Below, piece after piece: positions 1-10,423 of a DNA stretch of 25,283 nucleotides (its first letter is position 1; the number at the start of each line of letters is the position of its first letter). Made by a program: the position numbers and the translations under genes. The notes below the pieces were generated by a model. It had not been told where the DNA came from. It searched no databases and was given only the letters and a program-made list of their open reading frames with translations. The DNA is taken from contig NW_021836117.1 of NCBI RefSeq assembly GCF_006345805.1, positions 1 through 25,283 on the forward strand, written 5' to 3'. The stretch comes from Octopus sinensis (taxonomy: Eukaryota).

Positions 1-213
1 ACTCCGACATAAAACCTGCGGCTCAGTGGTTACCGATGATGTTCACTTGTTCTTCTTTACGGATTATGGCTGCTGTTGCTTAGTGAGTGGGATTGACTCA
101 GTGCACAGCCTTTCCTTACTTTAAAAAAACGTCTTGCACAGGCATTGCACGATAACAACATTGATTAAGCTTTTGCGAAATGGCCATACTCGATAACGAG
201 GGGGCAGCCACCA
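1..213 (+). repeat. Unclassified interspersed repeat A (truncated by window start), ends CAGCCACCA(TGTA)n
   Basis: Near-identical to 3744-3955 and inverted at 13127-13333 and 17061-17273. No recognisable protein motif; strand assigned only from the putative tail. Confidence 0.75.
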
Positions 214-854
214 TGTATGTATGTGCGTATGCTTGTGGGTATGTATGAATGTTTGTACATACATGCACACATGCATAGATACACGCATACATTTATACAT
301 ACGTACACATACATATGTACGTAAACAAATACACACATACGCACATGTATATATGTATGATGTGTGTATGTATAAGGAGTAGGCAACCACCATGTATGTA
401 TGTATGTATGTATGTATAATGTATGTATGTATGTATGTATGTATATATGAATGTATGTATGTATGTATGTAAATATGTTTGTATGTATGTATTTATTTAT
501 TTATGCATGTATGCATAATTGAATGTATATATGAATGTATGTATGTATGAATGTATTTATGGATGTAAGAATGTGTGCACGTATGAATCTATGTACCTAC
601 AGACATACATAAGTGCATACGTACATATATGTACACAGATATCTATATACGTACACGCAGATATATATATACGCATACATGCATACATAAGTACATTCAC
701 ACGTACATACATACACACATGTATGTATGCTTGTATGTATGTAATGTGTGTGTGTATGTTTGTATGTGTGTATGTATGTCCGTTTGTATGTATGTGAGTA
801 TGTCTGTATGTATCTACATATGTTTTTATATATGTAAGTATGTATATATGTATG

Positions 855-888
<34 letters not shown>

Positions 889-928
889 TGTATGTATGAG
901 TGCCTATGCATATAGGTGTGTTTGTGTG
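214..928. repeat. Compound (TATG/TG/TA)n microsatellite
   Basis: Direct reading. Confidence 0.95.
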
Positions 929-1543
929 TTTTTGAAAAATCGATTTGCGAGTTAAAGAACATTTGAAATGGAGTCCAGCAGATTGGACGAATGTGTTGTG
1001 GTCGGACGAATCAAAGTTCAACTTGATCGGCAGAGATGGCAGGAAGTATGTAAGAAGGCGTATAGGCGAAGAATTCCATCCAAAATGCATCCAACCTTCA
1101 ATTAGGCACTCTGGAGGAAGTGTGATGATGTAAGGGTGTATGTCGGGAAAAGACGTCAGTTCTATAATCCGAATGGATAGTAAGTCCTATCTAGAAATAT
1201 TGAATAATACTATGCTTCCATACGCCCGGAAGCATTTGGACTTTCCAGCATGACAACCACCCGAATGTCACCTGGTACCTACTCAGAAATTACATTATAC
1301 CTAAGAGATTTCGGTTGATATAGTGACTAACGGCGTCGCCCGAGCTGGAACCCATCGAAAATCCTTGAGAATGGTTGGGTAGAGCTGTGAAAAGTATTAA
1401 GACAAAGAATAAGGAGAATTTTTTAAAAGCATTATTAGCCAAATGTGGGAAAAATCTGCGCAACAGTGATAAATGTTCTGAACATTTGTATGTTTCGCAG
1501 ATGCAAAGCTCAATTAAGTAATTTTGGGTTCCCAAAATACTGA
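929..1543 (+). pseudogene. Tc1-family DD34E transposase remnant (catalytic domain to C-terminus), 5'-truncated
   Basis: W..VLWSDESKF (D at 1005), HSGGSVMM*GC, FQHDN (D at 1252), SPELEPIEN (E at 1357), giving exactly 34 codons between the second D and E. C-terminus resembles RCxAV...KY* (TGA at 1541). Internal stops and a frameshift. Confidence 0.9.
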
Positions 1544-2030
1544 CTCTGTGATTTTATTGCTTTTTAGGGATTTCAGAATGAAGTTTAAGAGCAAAAGAAC
1601 AACAACAAAATATGAAATGTTACACGCTGTCCTTAAGTTAAATGGTACTCTAAATTATGATAATTAAGATTTCTTTTTAATCTAAAATTAACATATTGAT
1701 GTTACGCTGTAAAGCTGTATACCCTATTAAAGGTCGTAAGAGTTTCTTTATTTAGATATACAAATTAATTCACAAGTTACAAGTTGAATATATATATATA
1801 AAATGTCGGTTGAACATCAGTAAATTGGGGTTCTTAAGTTCGATGAGGCCACTGCAATTGTTTGGAAAATGTGGATTTAGTGTCAAAAAGGAAAGGAGGA
1901 TGTAGAAAGAAAACAAAGGGAAACTGTTCTGAAGCTGTATATAGGTGAGAGATTACTAAACAAGTTTTGAGTAACGAAAAGCACTTTAGTTGTTGAGGGG
2001 TCAAATTAGAGGAAGGCGTAGAGATTCTCA
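1544..2030. repeat. AT-rich segment downstream of Tc1 (3' UTR or TIR region plus unassigned repeat); also at ~15155-15645 and ~19445-20017
   Basis: Always travels with the Tc1 remnant. No TIR could be confirmed because the left end of the element is missing. Confidence 0.55.
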
Positions 2031-3682
2031 AACACATTCATACATGTGTGTATGTACCTATGTGTGTATATATGTATATGCGTGAGTATGAATGTATGTA
2101 TGTGTGCAGCGTGAATTTGTGTACGTAAGTGTGTATGTATGTGTGTGTGTATGCATGTATGTATGTGTATGCATGTAAGTGTGTGTATGTGTATTTAAGT
2201 AAGTGTGTATGTGTGTATTTTTGAGTGTTCTTATATATATGTGTGTGTATGTATCTGTGTAATTATGTATGTGCGTATGTGTATAAATGTGCGTATTTAT
2301 TTGTATGTGTATGTAAGTATATGTGTATGTATATATGTGTACATGCGTGTATGTGTGCTGCATGTATGCTATGTGTGTAAGTTCACAAGTTTGTCTGTCT
2401 GCATACATGTGTACGCATAAATACATACACACACACATACATATATATACACATACACATGTATATATACATACATAAATATATTCATACATACATGCTT
2501 AAATATCTACAAAGATACAAAAACGCATACATACATCCACACACATATATATACGAATGTGGATATGTATGTATATATTTTTTTATATATGAATGTAGGC
2601 GCGTATGTTTGTGTGTATGTGCGTGTGTATGTGTGTTTGTACGTATGTGATTAAGTATGGAAATATGTATGTGTGTGTATGTGTGTATGTATATATTTAC
2701 GTATGTGCATTTGTATGTCTGTATGAATGTATGTGTGTTTATGTGCGAATGTGGATGTATGTAAGTATGTGTGTAATTTTGTATGTGTGTGTGTATATCA
2801 GTATGCATGTGTGTATGAATGTATGCGTGTAAGTGTGAATGTATATGTGCATGTGTGTAAGTATGTGTGTACGTATGTGACTATATATGTGTGTATGTAT
2901 GCATGTATGTTGGTATATATGTAAGTGCTTATATATGTATGTGAGTATGTACGGATGTGTATATGTCTGCGGGCATATGTGTATGTATATATGTGTGCAT
3001 GTATATATGTATGTATGTGTGTATGCACGTAATTATATATGCATGTATATGTGTATATATGTGTCTATGTGTGTCCATGTATATATGTTTGTGTGCATGC
3101 ATGTTTGTGTGCATAGAGGTATGTATGTATGTAGGTGTGTATAATGTTTGTGTTTGTCTATGTGTGTTAAACTCATACATACACATATACATACCTATAT
3201 ACAATCATACGCAGATACACATATACATTCATACATTCATTCATGCACACATACACACATACATTGATATCCAAACACACACCTACATGCACACATGTGT
3301 GTAAGTGGATATATATGTATGTGTGCAAGCATGTGTGTATGTATGCATGTATATATGTGCGTATGTTTTCGTGTGTGTTTTTAAATAGCTATGCATGTAT
3401 GTATGTGCTTATTTCGTATGCATGTTTGTGCGTATGAGTGTATGCGTATATTAGTGTATGTATGGATGTTATATATATTGTGTATGTATATTAATATATG
3501 GATGTGTATGAATATATATGTGTATGTATGTATGAATATGTGTACGTTTGTATATGTGTATGTATGTCTTCATGTATATATGTATGTATGTCTGTATAAT
3601 GTGTGCATGTATATATGTATGTATGTGTGTATGCATGTATTTATATAAGCATGTGTATGTGTATATATGTGTATGTGTGTGT
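2031..3682. repeat. Compound (TATG/TG/TA)n microsatellite
   Basis: Direct reading. Confidence 0.95.
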
Positions 3683-3955
3683 ATTTGTTGTGCCTTTGTT
3701 AGGGCATCCTTCTAGGAGAAGTTAACTCAGGTAACTGGGATAACTCCGACATAAAACCTGCGGCTCAGTGGTTACCGATGATGTTCACTTGTTCTTCTTT
3801 TCGGATTATGGCTGCTGTCGCTTAGTGAGTGGGATTGACTCAGTGATCAGCCTTTCCTTACTTTAAAAAAACGTCTTGCACAGGCATTGCACGATAACAA
3901 CATTGATTAAGCTTTTGCGAAATGGCCATACTCGATAACGAGGGGGCAGCCACCA
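3683..3955 (+). repeat. Unclassified repeat A, ~273 bp (possible SINE or LINE 3' end)
   Basis: Four copies in the window, bounded by microsatellite. The retroposon identity is inference. Confidence 0.75.
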
Positions 3956-4285
3956 TGTATGTATGTGCGTATGCTTGTGGGTATGTATGAATGTTTGTAT
4001 ATACATGCACACATGCATAGATACACGCATACATTATACATACGTACACATACATATGTACGTAAACAATACACACATACACACATGTATATATGTATGT
4101 ATGTGTGTATGTATGCACGTATGTATGTATGCATGTGTGTGTATATATATGTATGTATACATGAATGAAGGTGTGAATGTGTGTTATGTGTATATATGTG
4201 TGCATGGATTTGTGCATGTATGGAGGTATGCTTGCATGTATGTATGCATTCATCTATGTCTGTATGAATCTATGACTGTATCTAT

Positions 4286-4331
<46 letters not shown>

Positions 4332-4495
4332 TATATATGTATGCATGTATGTATCTACGTATGTGTACGTGTATCTGTTTAAGTATGTATTCTTGTATGT
4401 ATGAATGTATGTGTATTTGAATAAATGTATGTACGTATGTATGTATGTATGTATGTATCTGTTTGTGTGTATGTGTGTATGTATGTGAGTATCTG
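3956..4495. repeat. Compound microsatellite including (TA)n at 4295-4338
   Basis: Direct reading. Confidence 0.95.
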
Positions 4496-4558
4496 TACAA
4501 AGCTGTAAGAAGCAATTCTGAATGCCCAAAATACTGACCGTGCGATTTTATTGCTTTT
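4496..4558 (+). mobile_element. Short diverged Tc1 3'-end fragment
   Basis: tacaaagctgta...cccaaaatactgacc...gattttattgctttt aligns ungapped (~52/63) to the third Tc1 copy across its stop codon. Confidence 0.65.
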
Positions 4559-4589
4559 TGTTGATCAGATATGCTTTGACAGCGGAGAT

Positions 4590-5750
4590 GTGTGTGCAGT
4601 AGGTGTTCGACATAAACCCACCGGTCAGCAATACTCGGGCACTGGACTAGGGTGTGCAGAACAGTTTCACCTTTCTGGGCGCACCTCACGAGGGCCCGGC
4701 TGACGGCATTTCCGTGCCTAGAAATTTTATCCCAAACAGTCAGCGCCCCTCGGTAGCACTGTCAGGCAAGGGATTTCTTGAAGTTATCCATAGGCTCAGG
4801 CCCGAAAGTGCTGCGAAACAGATCGGTTAGTTGATCTTCATCGACACCCAGAGTTTCCCTGAGGACGTCGTCGCACTTTCCCTTCACTAGCACTCTTTAG
4901 AAATTTAGAGTGGAAGTATTACCGACCGTATTGCCCGCCTGGTGGAGGACTGTGAGTGCTTGACGGCACTCAAGGTGCCAAGCGCCCTTCTTCGGACTAC
5001 GCCCAGTCCAGGATTGCCGCTCAGTCAAAAAGACGAGCTGTGGAAAAGTGCCTCTTACAAACGGTGATCACACCTGCTCACCGTCAAGGAAAGGCTGGAG
5101 ATGACGCAACCTCAGCGCACGTCTGCGCATCAGTAACCAGGGCATGCCCACTCCTCCACTCAGCAGCTATTGACAACAGATAGAGCGCCTGACCAGTGGA
5201 ATGCGCATCTTCCACAGAAAACGGAAGAGTAAGCGCACAAGCTTGGTCAACCAGGAAACGGGACAAGGGACGACAGTGAAGCGGTAGGAGATGATGGGTG
5301 CCATGTACGCGTTCGTCACCTCCGCCCAATCTTTCAGGTACAGCTTCCTCTTGGTCTATTTCTGGGTGAGATTGGCTACCCTTCTCGTCACTTCGTCCCA
5401 GTTCTTCTCCACTTGGACGTCCGGTCCAAACCAGACTCCGAGCAACTTGTTGGGACCGTCTGTCCAGCGCAGCATGACGCTGTTGGACCGCATGGCCTTG
5501 CCTCTCCATGTGCCGAGCTGCAAGTCCACTGACTTTTCCGGGTTCATTTTTGCTCCTGTTTTCGCTTCATATTCCTGTAGTGTTTCGACTGTCAGGTCTA
5601 TATGCCTGTGGCTCGACACTATGACGGTGACATCATCAGCGTAAGCAGATACATTTCTCTCAGATACTAGATCACGCGAGACACCCATCAACGCCCCCAG
5701 CTTCCGCAGTAAATGGTTCAATAGTCAGTACATACAGAAGGGAGGAGATA

Positions 5751-5794
<44 letters not shown>

Positions 5795-5838
5795 CTTGAG
5801 GGACGGAACGCACGATGCGGAATGGCTCAGACAGGTTT
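4590..5838 (-). pseudogene. Tx1/L1-clade non-LTR retrotransposon ORF2 fragment (RT C-terminal half plus zinc finger)
   Basis: PFRIVRSVPQG..LLYVL, VSAYADDVTVIV, GAKMNPEKS, KLLGVWFG, RCAQKGETVLHTLVQCP. Several in-frame stops, mostly at Trp codons. Confidence 0.88.
5745..5792. repeat. (GA)n/(GATA)n microsatellite inside the Tx1 RT fragment
   Basis: Direct reading. Confidence 0.95.
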
Positions 5839-6650
5839 GTAATGTATGCATGCATGTATATATGTATGTGTGTATGTATATATATATATGCTCGCATATA
5901 TATATATATATATACATGCGTATATATGTATGTGTGTTTCTACGCGTGTACGTACGTACGTATGCATGCATGTATGTGCGTGTACTGATGTATGTAGTTA
6001 TGTAAGTATGTACGTGTGTATATGTACATATTCCATGCGCGTATGTATATAGGTATATTTGCATACTTGCATGTAGGTGCCTATGTATGTTGCACGTATG
6101 TATGCATCTACGTACATATGTCTGTGTGTATGTATGTAAGTATGCACGTATGTACATGTATATGTGTGTACGTATGTATGTATATATACATGATTGTGTT
6201 TATGCATGCATGTTTATACGTATGGTTTTATGTACGTGTCTATGTAGGTGCGTACGTATGTCTGTGTGTATATATTTATGTATTTATGCATCTGTGTATG
6301 TACTTATGTGTGTATATATGTATATGAGTGTGTATGAATGTATGTATGTGTGCAGCATGAATATGTGTACGTAAGTGTGTATGTATGTGTGTGTGTATGC
6401 ATGTATGTATGTATGAATGTATGTAGGTATGAATGCAAGCTTATATGTATGTACGTATATATGTTCGTATACATGTGTGTACATATGTGTGTGTGTATGT
6501 GTATATGTACGCATGCACATTTGTATGTATATGTATGTCTGTGTGTATGTATATGTGTATGTATATGTGCATATATGTGTGTGTACATATATGTACGTAT
6601 ATGTACATGTATTTTTGTTTGTATGAGTGTATGTATGTATATGTGTGTAT
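5839..6650. repeat. Compound (TATG/TG)n microsatellite
   Basis: Direct reading. Confidence 0.95.
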
Positions 6651-8356
6651 GTTAGTTAGTTAGTTAATTTGGCTCAAAAGCAAATAGCAAGGCCATGTAG
6701 GGGGACATGGAGTTATGTTCAGGGTGGTGTTCATGTAAAGAGTTCAGGCCACTTGAAGTCAAGGTAGGCTTTGAACAAAGCGGTCGTCGGCATCTTCACC
6801 ATCTCGTCTGGCAGCTTGTTCCACGGATCCGCAACCCGGACGGAGAAAGCTCCTCTCCTTCGATTGAGATGAAATCGTCGCAGGTAGAGATTTTCGGAAT
6901 GACCCCGCAGCCGACGCTCTGGAGCAGGAGTGAAGAACTGCTCTTTCGAGAGGTTACACTTTCCGCTAATGATGTTGTGGGCGAGAATGAGATCACCACG
7001 GCGGCGGCGTTTTTCTAGAGAATAAAGGTCGAGCGTCTTCAGCCTTTCTTCATAGGACAAATTTTTGAGACCATCAATCATGTGGGTAGCCAGCTTCTGG
7101 ACTCTTTCGAGATGCTGAATGTCTTTGAAGAGATAAGGAGAAGAGGCTTGAATCCCGTACTCCAATATGGGTCTCACCAGCGGAACATAGAGTGGTAGGA
7201 ATATGGCTGCTGTGAGCATTCCGAATGACCGTCGAATCAAGAACAGAATTCCGCGTGCTTTGTTGGCAGCATGGACGCACTGGGCCGAAGGCGAAATGGA
7301 GGAATCCACCAAGATACCCAGGTCCTTTACCTGATCGGTCCTCTCCAGAAGTAGACGGCCCAGCTCGAAATCAATTTGAGTTGCAGGAAGAGAGCCAACA
7401 GGCAGATGACAGCACTTTGACACGTTCAGACACAGGTCCCATTCGTTAGACCACCTCCAAATTTGGTGGAGGCATCCTCTATATCACCGCGAGGAGCGAC
7501 CAATTTGACATCGTCGGCTAATAGACGGGTGTGTTGCGTGAGGTCGTCGGGCAACTCATTTATGAAGACTAAGAACAATAAGGGTCCAAGCACTGAACCT
7601 TCAGGCACGCCACAGCTCGCACTGGAGACGTCTGACCGCGAACCATTAACTTCGACTTGGAAGGAGCGATCTGAGAGGAAGGCACCAACCCATCGTACAA
7701 TATCCGGATGGAAACTATATGCTTGAAGCTTGACAAGTAATAGGCGGTGGTTTACCGAGTCAAAAGCTTTGGCAAAGTCCAATAAAACGATGTCAACAGC
7801 ATCACTATCATCGAGGATGCGCGTCACCAATTCTTCCATTACCAGTAAGTTGGTCAAGCATGATCTCTTCGGCACGAAGCCGGGTTGGGAATCAGAGATA
7901 GAGGCTGTGTTTTGGAGGTGGAGCATCATACTTTTCTTAAGGATGGTTTCGAACATCTTGCTGATTATTGATGTAAGGGAAACCGGTCGGTAGTTAAGCG
8001 GGCCTTCGCGGCTCCCTTTCTTCGAAATTGGGCAGATTATCGCTGTTCTCCAGTCCGCAGGTATAACACCCGTCGCCAATGACATATTGAATAGACGTGT
8101 TAAGGGCTCGCAGATGACCGGAGCCAACGCTTTGATAACCTGTGTGTTTTATGCCGTCAGGGCCTTGACCCTTGTTGACATCGAGGCCTTGAATAACACG
8201 TTTGACTTCGTCCCGCGTGATGACAAATCGGAGCATTGGAGGTACCGATCTATCAAATGGAGGGGGTTCACGACCATCATCTTGTTTGAAAATAGTTGAA
8301 AAAGCCTCGGCAAAGAATTGACACTGTTGATAAGGGTCCTCAATCGATACGCCTTT
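6651..8356 (-). mobile_element. 5'-truncated CR1-clade LINE (RT domain to 3' end) with (TAAC)n tail; inactive
   Basis: KGQGPDGI, NYRPVSLTS, LDFAKAFDSV, GVPEGSVLGPLLF, LLADDVKL, LYVPLVRPILEY, SYEERLKTLDLYSLEKRRRRGDLI, RGHSENL, FSVRVADPWNKLP. No endonuclease domain. Frameshifts near 8130 and 7475. Tail gttagttagttagtta at 6651-6666. Confidence 0.9.
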
Positions 8357-8381
8357 TGAGTATGTATGTATTATGTATGTG

Positions 8382-8448
8382 TGCATTTCAAAAAATCGAT
8401 TTGCACGTTCGAGAATACTTGATAGGGAGTCCAGCAGATTGGTCGAAT
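8382..8448 (+). mobile_element. Short diverged Tc1 fragment
   Basis: Reads DLHVREYLIGSPADWSN vs DLRVKEHLKWSPADWTN at ~940-990; same 5' boundary. Confidence 0.65.
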
Positions 8449-9205
8449 ATGTATGTGTGTATGTATGTATGTATGTATGTATGTATGTATGTATGTATGT
8501 ATGTATTTATGTATGTATGCATGTATGTATGTATACATGTATGTATGTATTTACGTATGTATGTAATGTGTGTATGTATGTGTGTATGTGTGTGTGTTTG
8601 TATGTGTGTATGTATGTATGTACGTATGTATGTATGTGTGTATGTATGTATGTATGAATGTATGTCTACATGTATGTATGTATGTATACATGTATACATG
8701 TATGTATGTATGTATTTATGTATGTATGTAATGTGTGTATGTATGTGTGTATGTGTGTATGTATGTGTGTATGTATGTATGTATGTGAGTATGTGTTTAT
8801 GTATGTATGTATATATGTTTTATATATGTATGTGAGTTTGTATGTATGTGTTTCTATGCATGCATGTGCGTATGTGTGTATGTAAGTATGTGTGTATGTG
8901 TGTTGACTATGTATTTATGTGTGTATGTATGCAAGTATGTTTTATATATGTAAGTGCGAATATATGTATGTATATGTGTATATATGTCTGTGTATATATA
9001 TGTATATGTATGTATTTATGTATGTATGTATATATGTATGCATGTATGTATGTATATGTATGTATTTATGTATGTATGTAATGTGTGTATGTATGTATGT
9101 ATGTATGTACGTATGTATGTATGTATGTGTGTATATATGTTTGTATGTATATATGTATGTATGTGGGTATGTGTGTACGTACTTATGTATGTATGTATGT
9201 ATGTG
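8449..9205. repeat. Compound (TATG/TG)n microsatellite
   Basis: Direct reading. Confidence 0.95.
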
Positions 9206-9525
9206 CGAGGGGTAGTCAAAAACTAATGCCATTTTGTTTAGGAAAGGTATAATTACCAACACAGGAACATGTATCATACATCAAAATGAATCTTGGCCCC
9301 AGTGGATCACATCCCCACTCTTTAATATAGTTACCGTTTCTCTCAAAAGCAATGTTCCTTCTTCGAATGAGAGCATGTATTCCTGCCCTTTAAAATTCTG
9401 TTGAATGTTCTTTGAGCCACTTCTTCACCACATTACTTACTTCCTCGTCACTGGTATAATGTTTGCCTCTCAAACCCTCTTTTGTTGCGCCGAAGAGATT
9501 ATAGTCTGAAGTGCTAAATCTGATT
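9206..9525 (-). mobile_element. mariner (DD34D) transposase C-terminus, 3' UTR and probable TIR
   Basis: SDLA-SDYNLFGATKEGLRGKHYTSDEEV..VKKWLKEHSTEF*RAGIHALIRRRNIAFERNGNYIKE. Terminus CGAGGGGTAGTCAAAAA at 9206 resembles mariner TIR ends. Confidence 0.85.
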
Positions 9526-9532
9526 TGTGTGG

Positions 9533-9656
9533 AGGTAATGAAGAAATGGCTCAAAGAACACTCAACGGAATTTCACGGGCGGGGATACATGCAGTCATTC
9601 GAAGGTAGACCATTGCTTTTGAGGACCAGATTCATTTTGATGTATGATACATGTTC
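9533..9656 (+). mobile_element. Second, diverged mariner 3' fragment with a ~50-bp internal deletion
   Basis: VMKKWLKEHSTEFH..GIH.VIRR*TIAFE followed by ccagattcattttgatgtatgatacatgttc. Confidence 0.75.
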
Positions 9657-9704
9657 ATGGACGGCCATCTGTCTGTCTGTATGTCTTTAAGTATGTATGT
9701 ATGC

Positions 9705-10192
9705 ATGTCGCTCTTGAGTACTACTGGGAACATGTAACCCAGTACAACATGATTCATGATCGTGCCGTCGGCGATTAAAATGGAAACCCCACCAGGCTTG
9801 CTTGGTGACGAGGATGTTGTTGGACACTCTGCTGGATGCAAAATAAGACTCGTGAAATGGCGCATGTACTCCTGAACTGTCAATTTCTTTATTAACCATA
9901 TAAGGTTAAGAAAATGGGGTGATGATGCAAGGAGAGACAAAACAAATATTGGGGTGAAGGTATCGAATGATCCCCTGACGAACGTATGAAGTTTGCAAAT
10001 CCAACGAAGGCCTCAAGCGACATTTTAAGACCTAGAAACAGCAGAATTTATCTGCAGGTCTTGGTGGCCCAAATTTGAGGAGCAATCTATGTGGGTGTCT
10101 TTTCAGAATATTCTTTCGTTTGAAAAGCTACATCAGGAACCATAATGGTGCTAAGGTGTCGGTAAGAAGGTGGTCAAACTCTGTAAAAGGTG
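9705..10192 (+). repeat. Unclassified repeat E (possibly a degenerate LINE 3' end)
   Basis: Inverted copy at ~21198-21700. No convincing protein motif. Confidence 0.5.
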
Positions 10193-10312
10193 TATGTATG
10201 TATATATGTATGCATGTATGCATAATTGAATGTATATATGAATGTATGTATGTATGAATTTATGTACATACACAAATAGATATATATACACATATATATA
10301 TATGCACAGAGA

Positions 10313-10423
10313 TGACTTCAAGTGGCCTGAACTCTTTACATGAACACCACCCTGAACATAACTCCATGTCCCCCTACATGGCGTTGCTATTTGCTTTTGA
10401 GCCAAATTAACTAACTAACTAAC
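10313..10423 (+). mobile_element. CR1 3' stub (last codons, 3' UTR, (TAAC)4 tail)
   Basis: Reverse complement of 6651-6761 with 1 substitution; begins abruptly at the inversion junction. Confidence 0.9.

Larger units (their letters stand above)
1..6761. repeat. Left arm of large inverted duplication (pairs with 10313-17273)
   Basis: Base 1 (actccgacataaaacctgcg) is the reverse complement of 17254-17273, and 6751-6761 (acttgaagtca) of 10313-10323. All internal blocks recur in reverse order. About 11 substitutions in the ~1.3 kb Tx1 block. Confidence 0.95.
6762..10312. repeat. Spacer of the first inversion, itself inverted-duplicated at ~20971-24650
   Basis: CR1, microsatellite, mariner and repeat E blocks match ~20971-24650 as reverse complement (e.g. 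8333-8360 vs 23040-23072; 9206-9240 vs 22165-22198). Confidence 0.93.

Noticed and set aside
1700-1725. Candidate Tc1 right terminus (..gctg-TA)
   Set aside because: No left TIR is available for comparison and there are two adjacent candidates, so it cannot be supported.
4956-5644. Complex-looking ORFs 4956..5183, 5084..5509, 5291..5644 and mirrors 11420..12108
   Set aside because: Alternative-frame or antisense readings of the Tx1 RT fragment.
6731-8127. Possible active retrotransposon or novel standalone RT system (retron, DGR, group II intron)
   Set aside because: Motifs are standard CR1-clade. The copy is 5'-truncated without an endonuclease and is frameshifted, with no bacterial context or associated ncRNA or accessory genes.
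6707-8299. Plus-strand ORFs over the CR1, and their equivalents at 24133-25273
   Set aside because: Antisense or frameshifted readings of the CR1 ORF.
6640-8370. Target-site duplications around CR1 or Tx1
   Set aside because: Flanks are microsatellite, so short matches are uninformative, and none is distinctive.
9632-9940. ORFs 9632..9940, 9687..9899 and 21463..21773 as host exons
   Set aside because: No recognisable domain; they run into microsatellite and mariner debris, and the two copies are frameshifted relative to each other.
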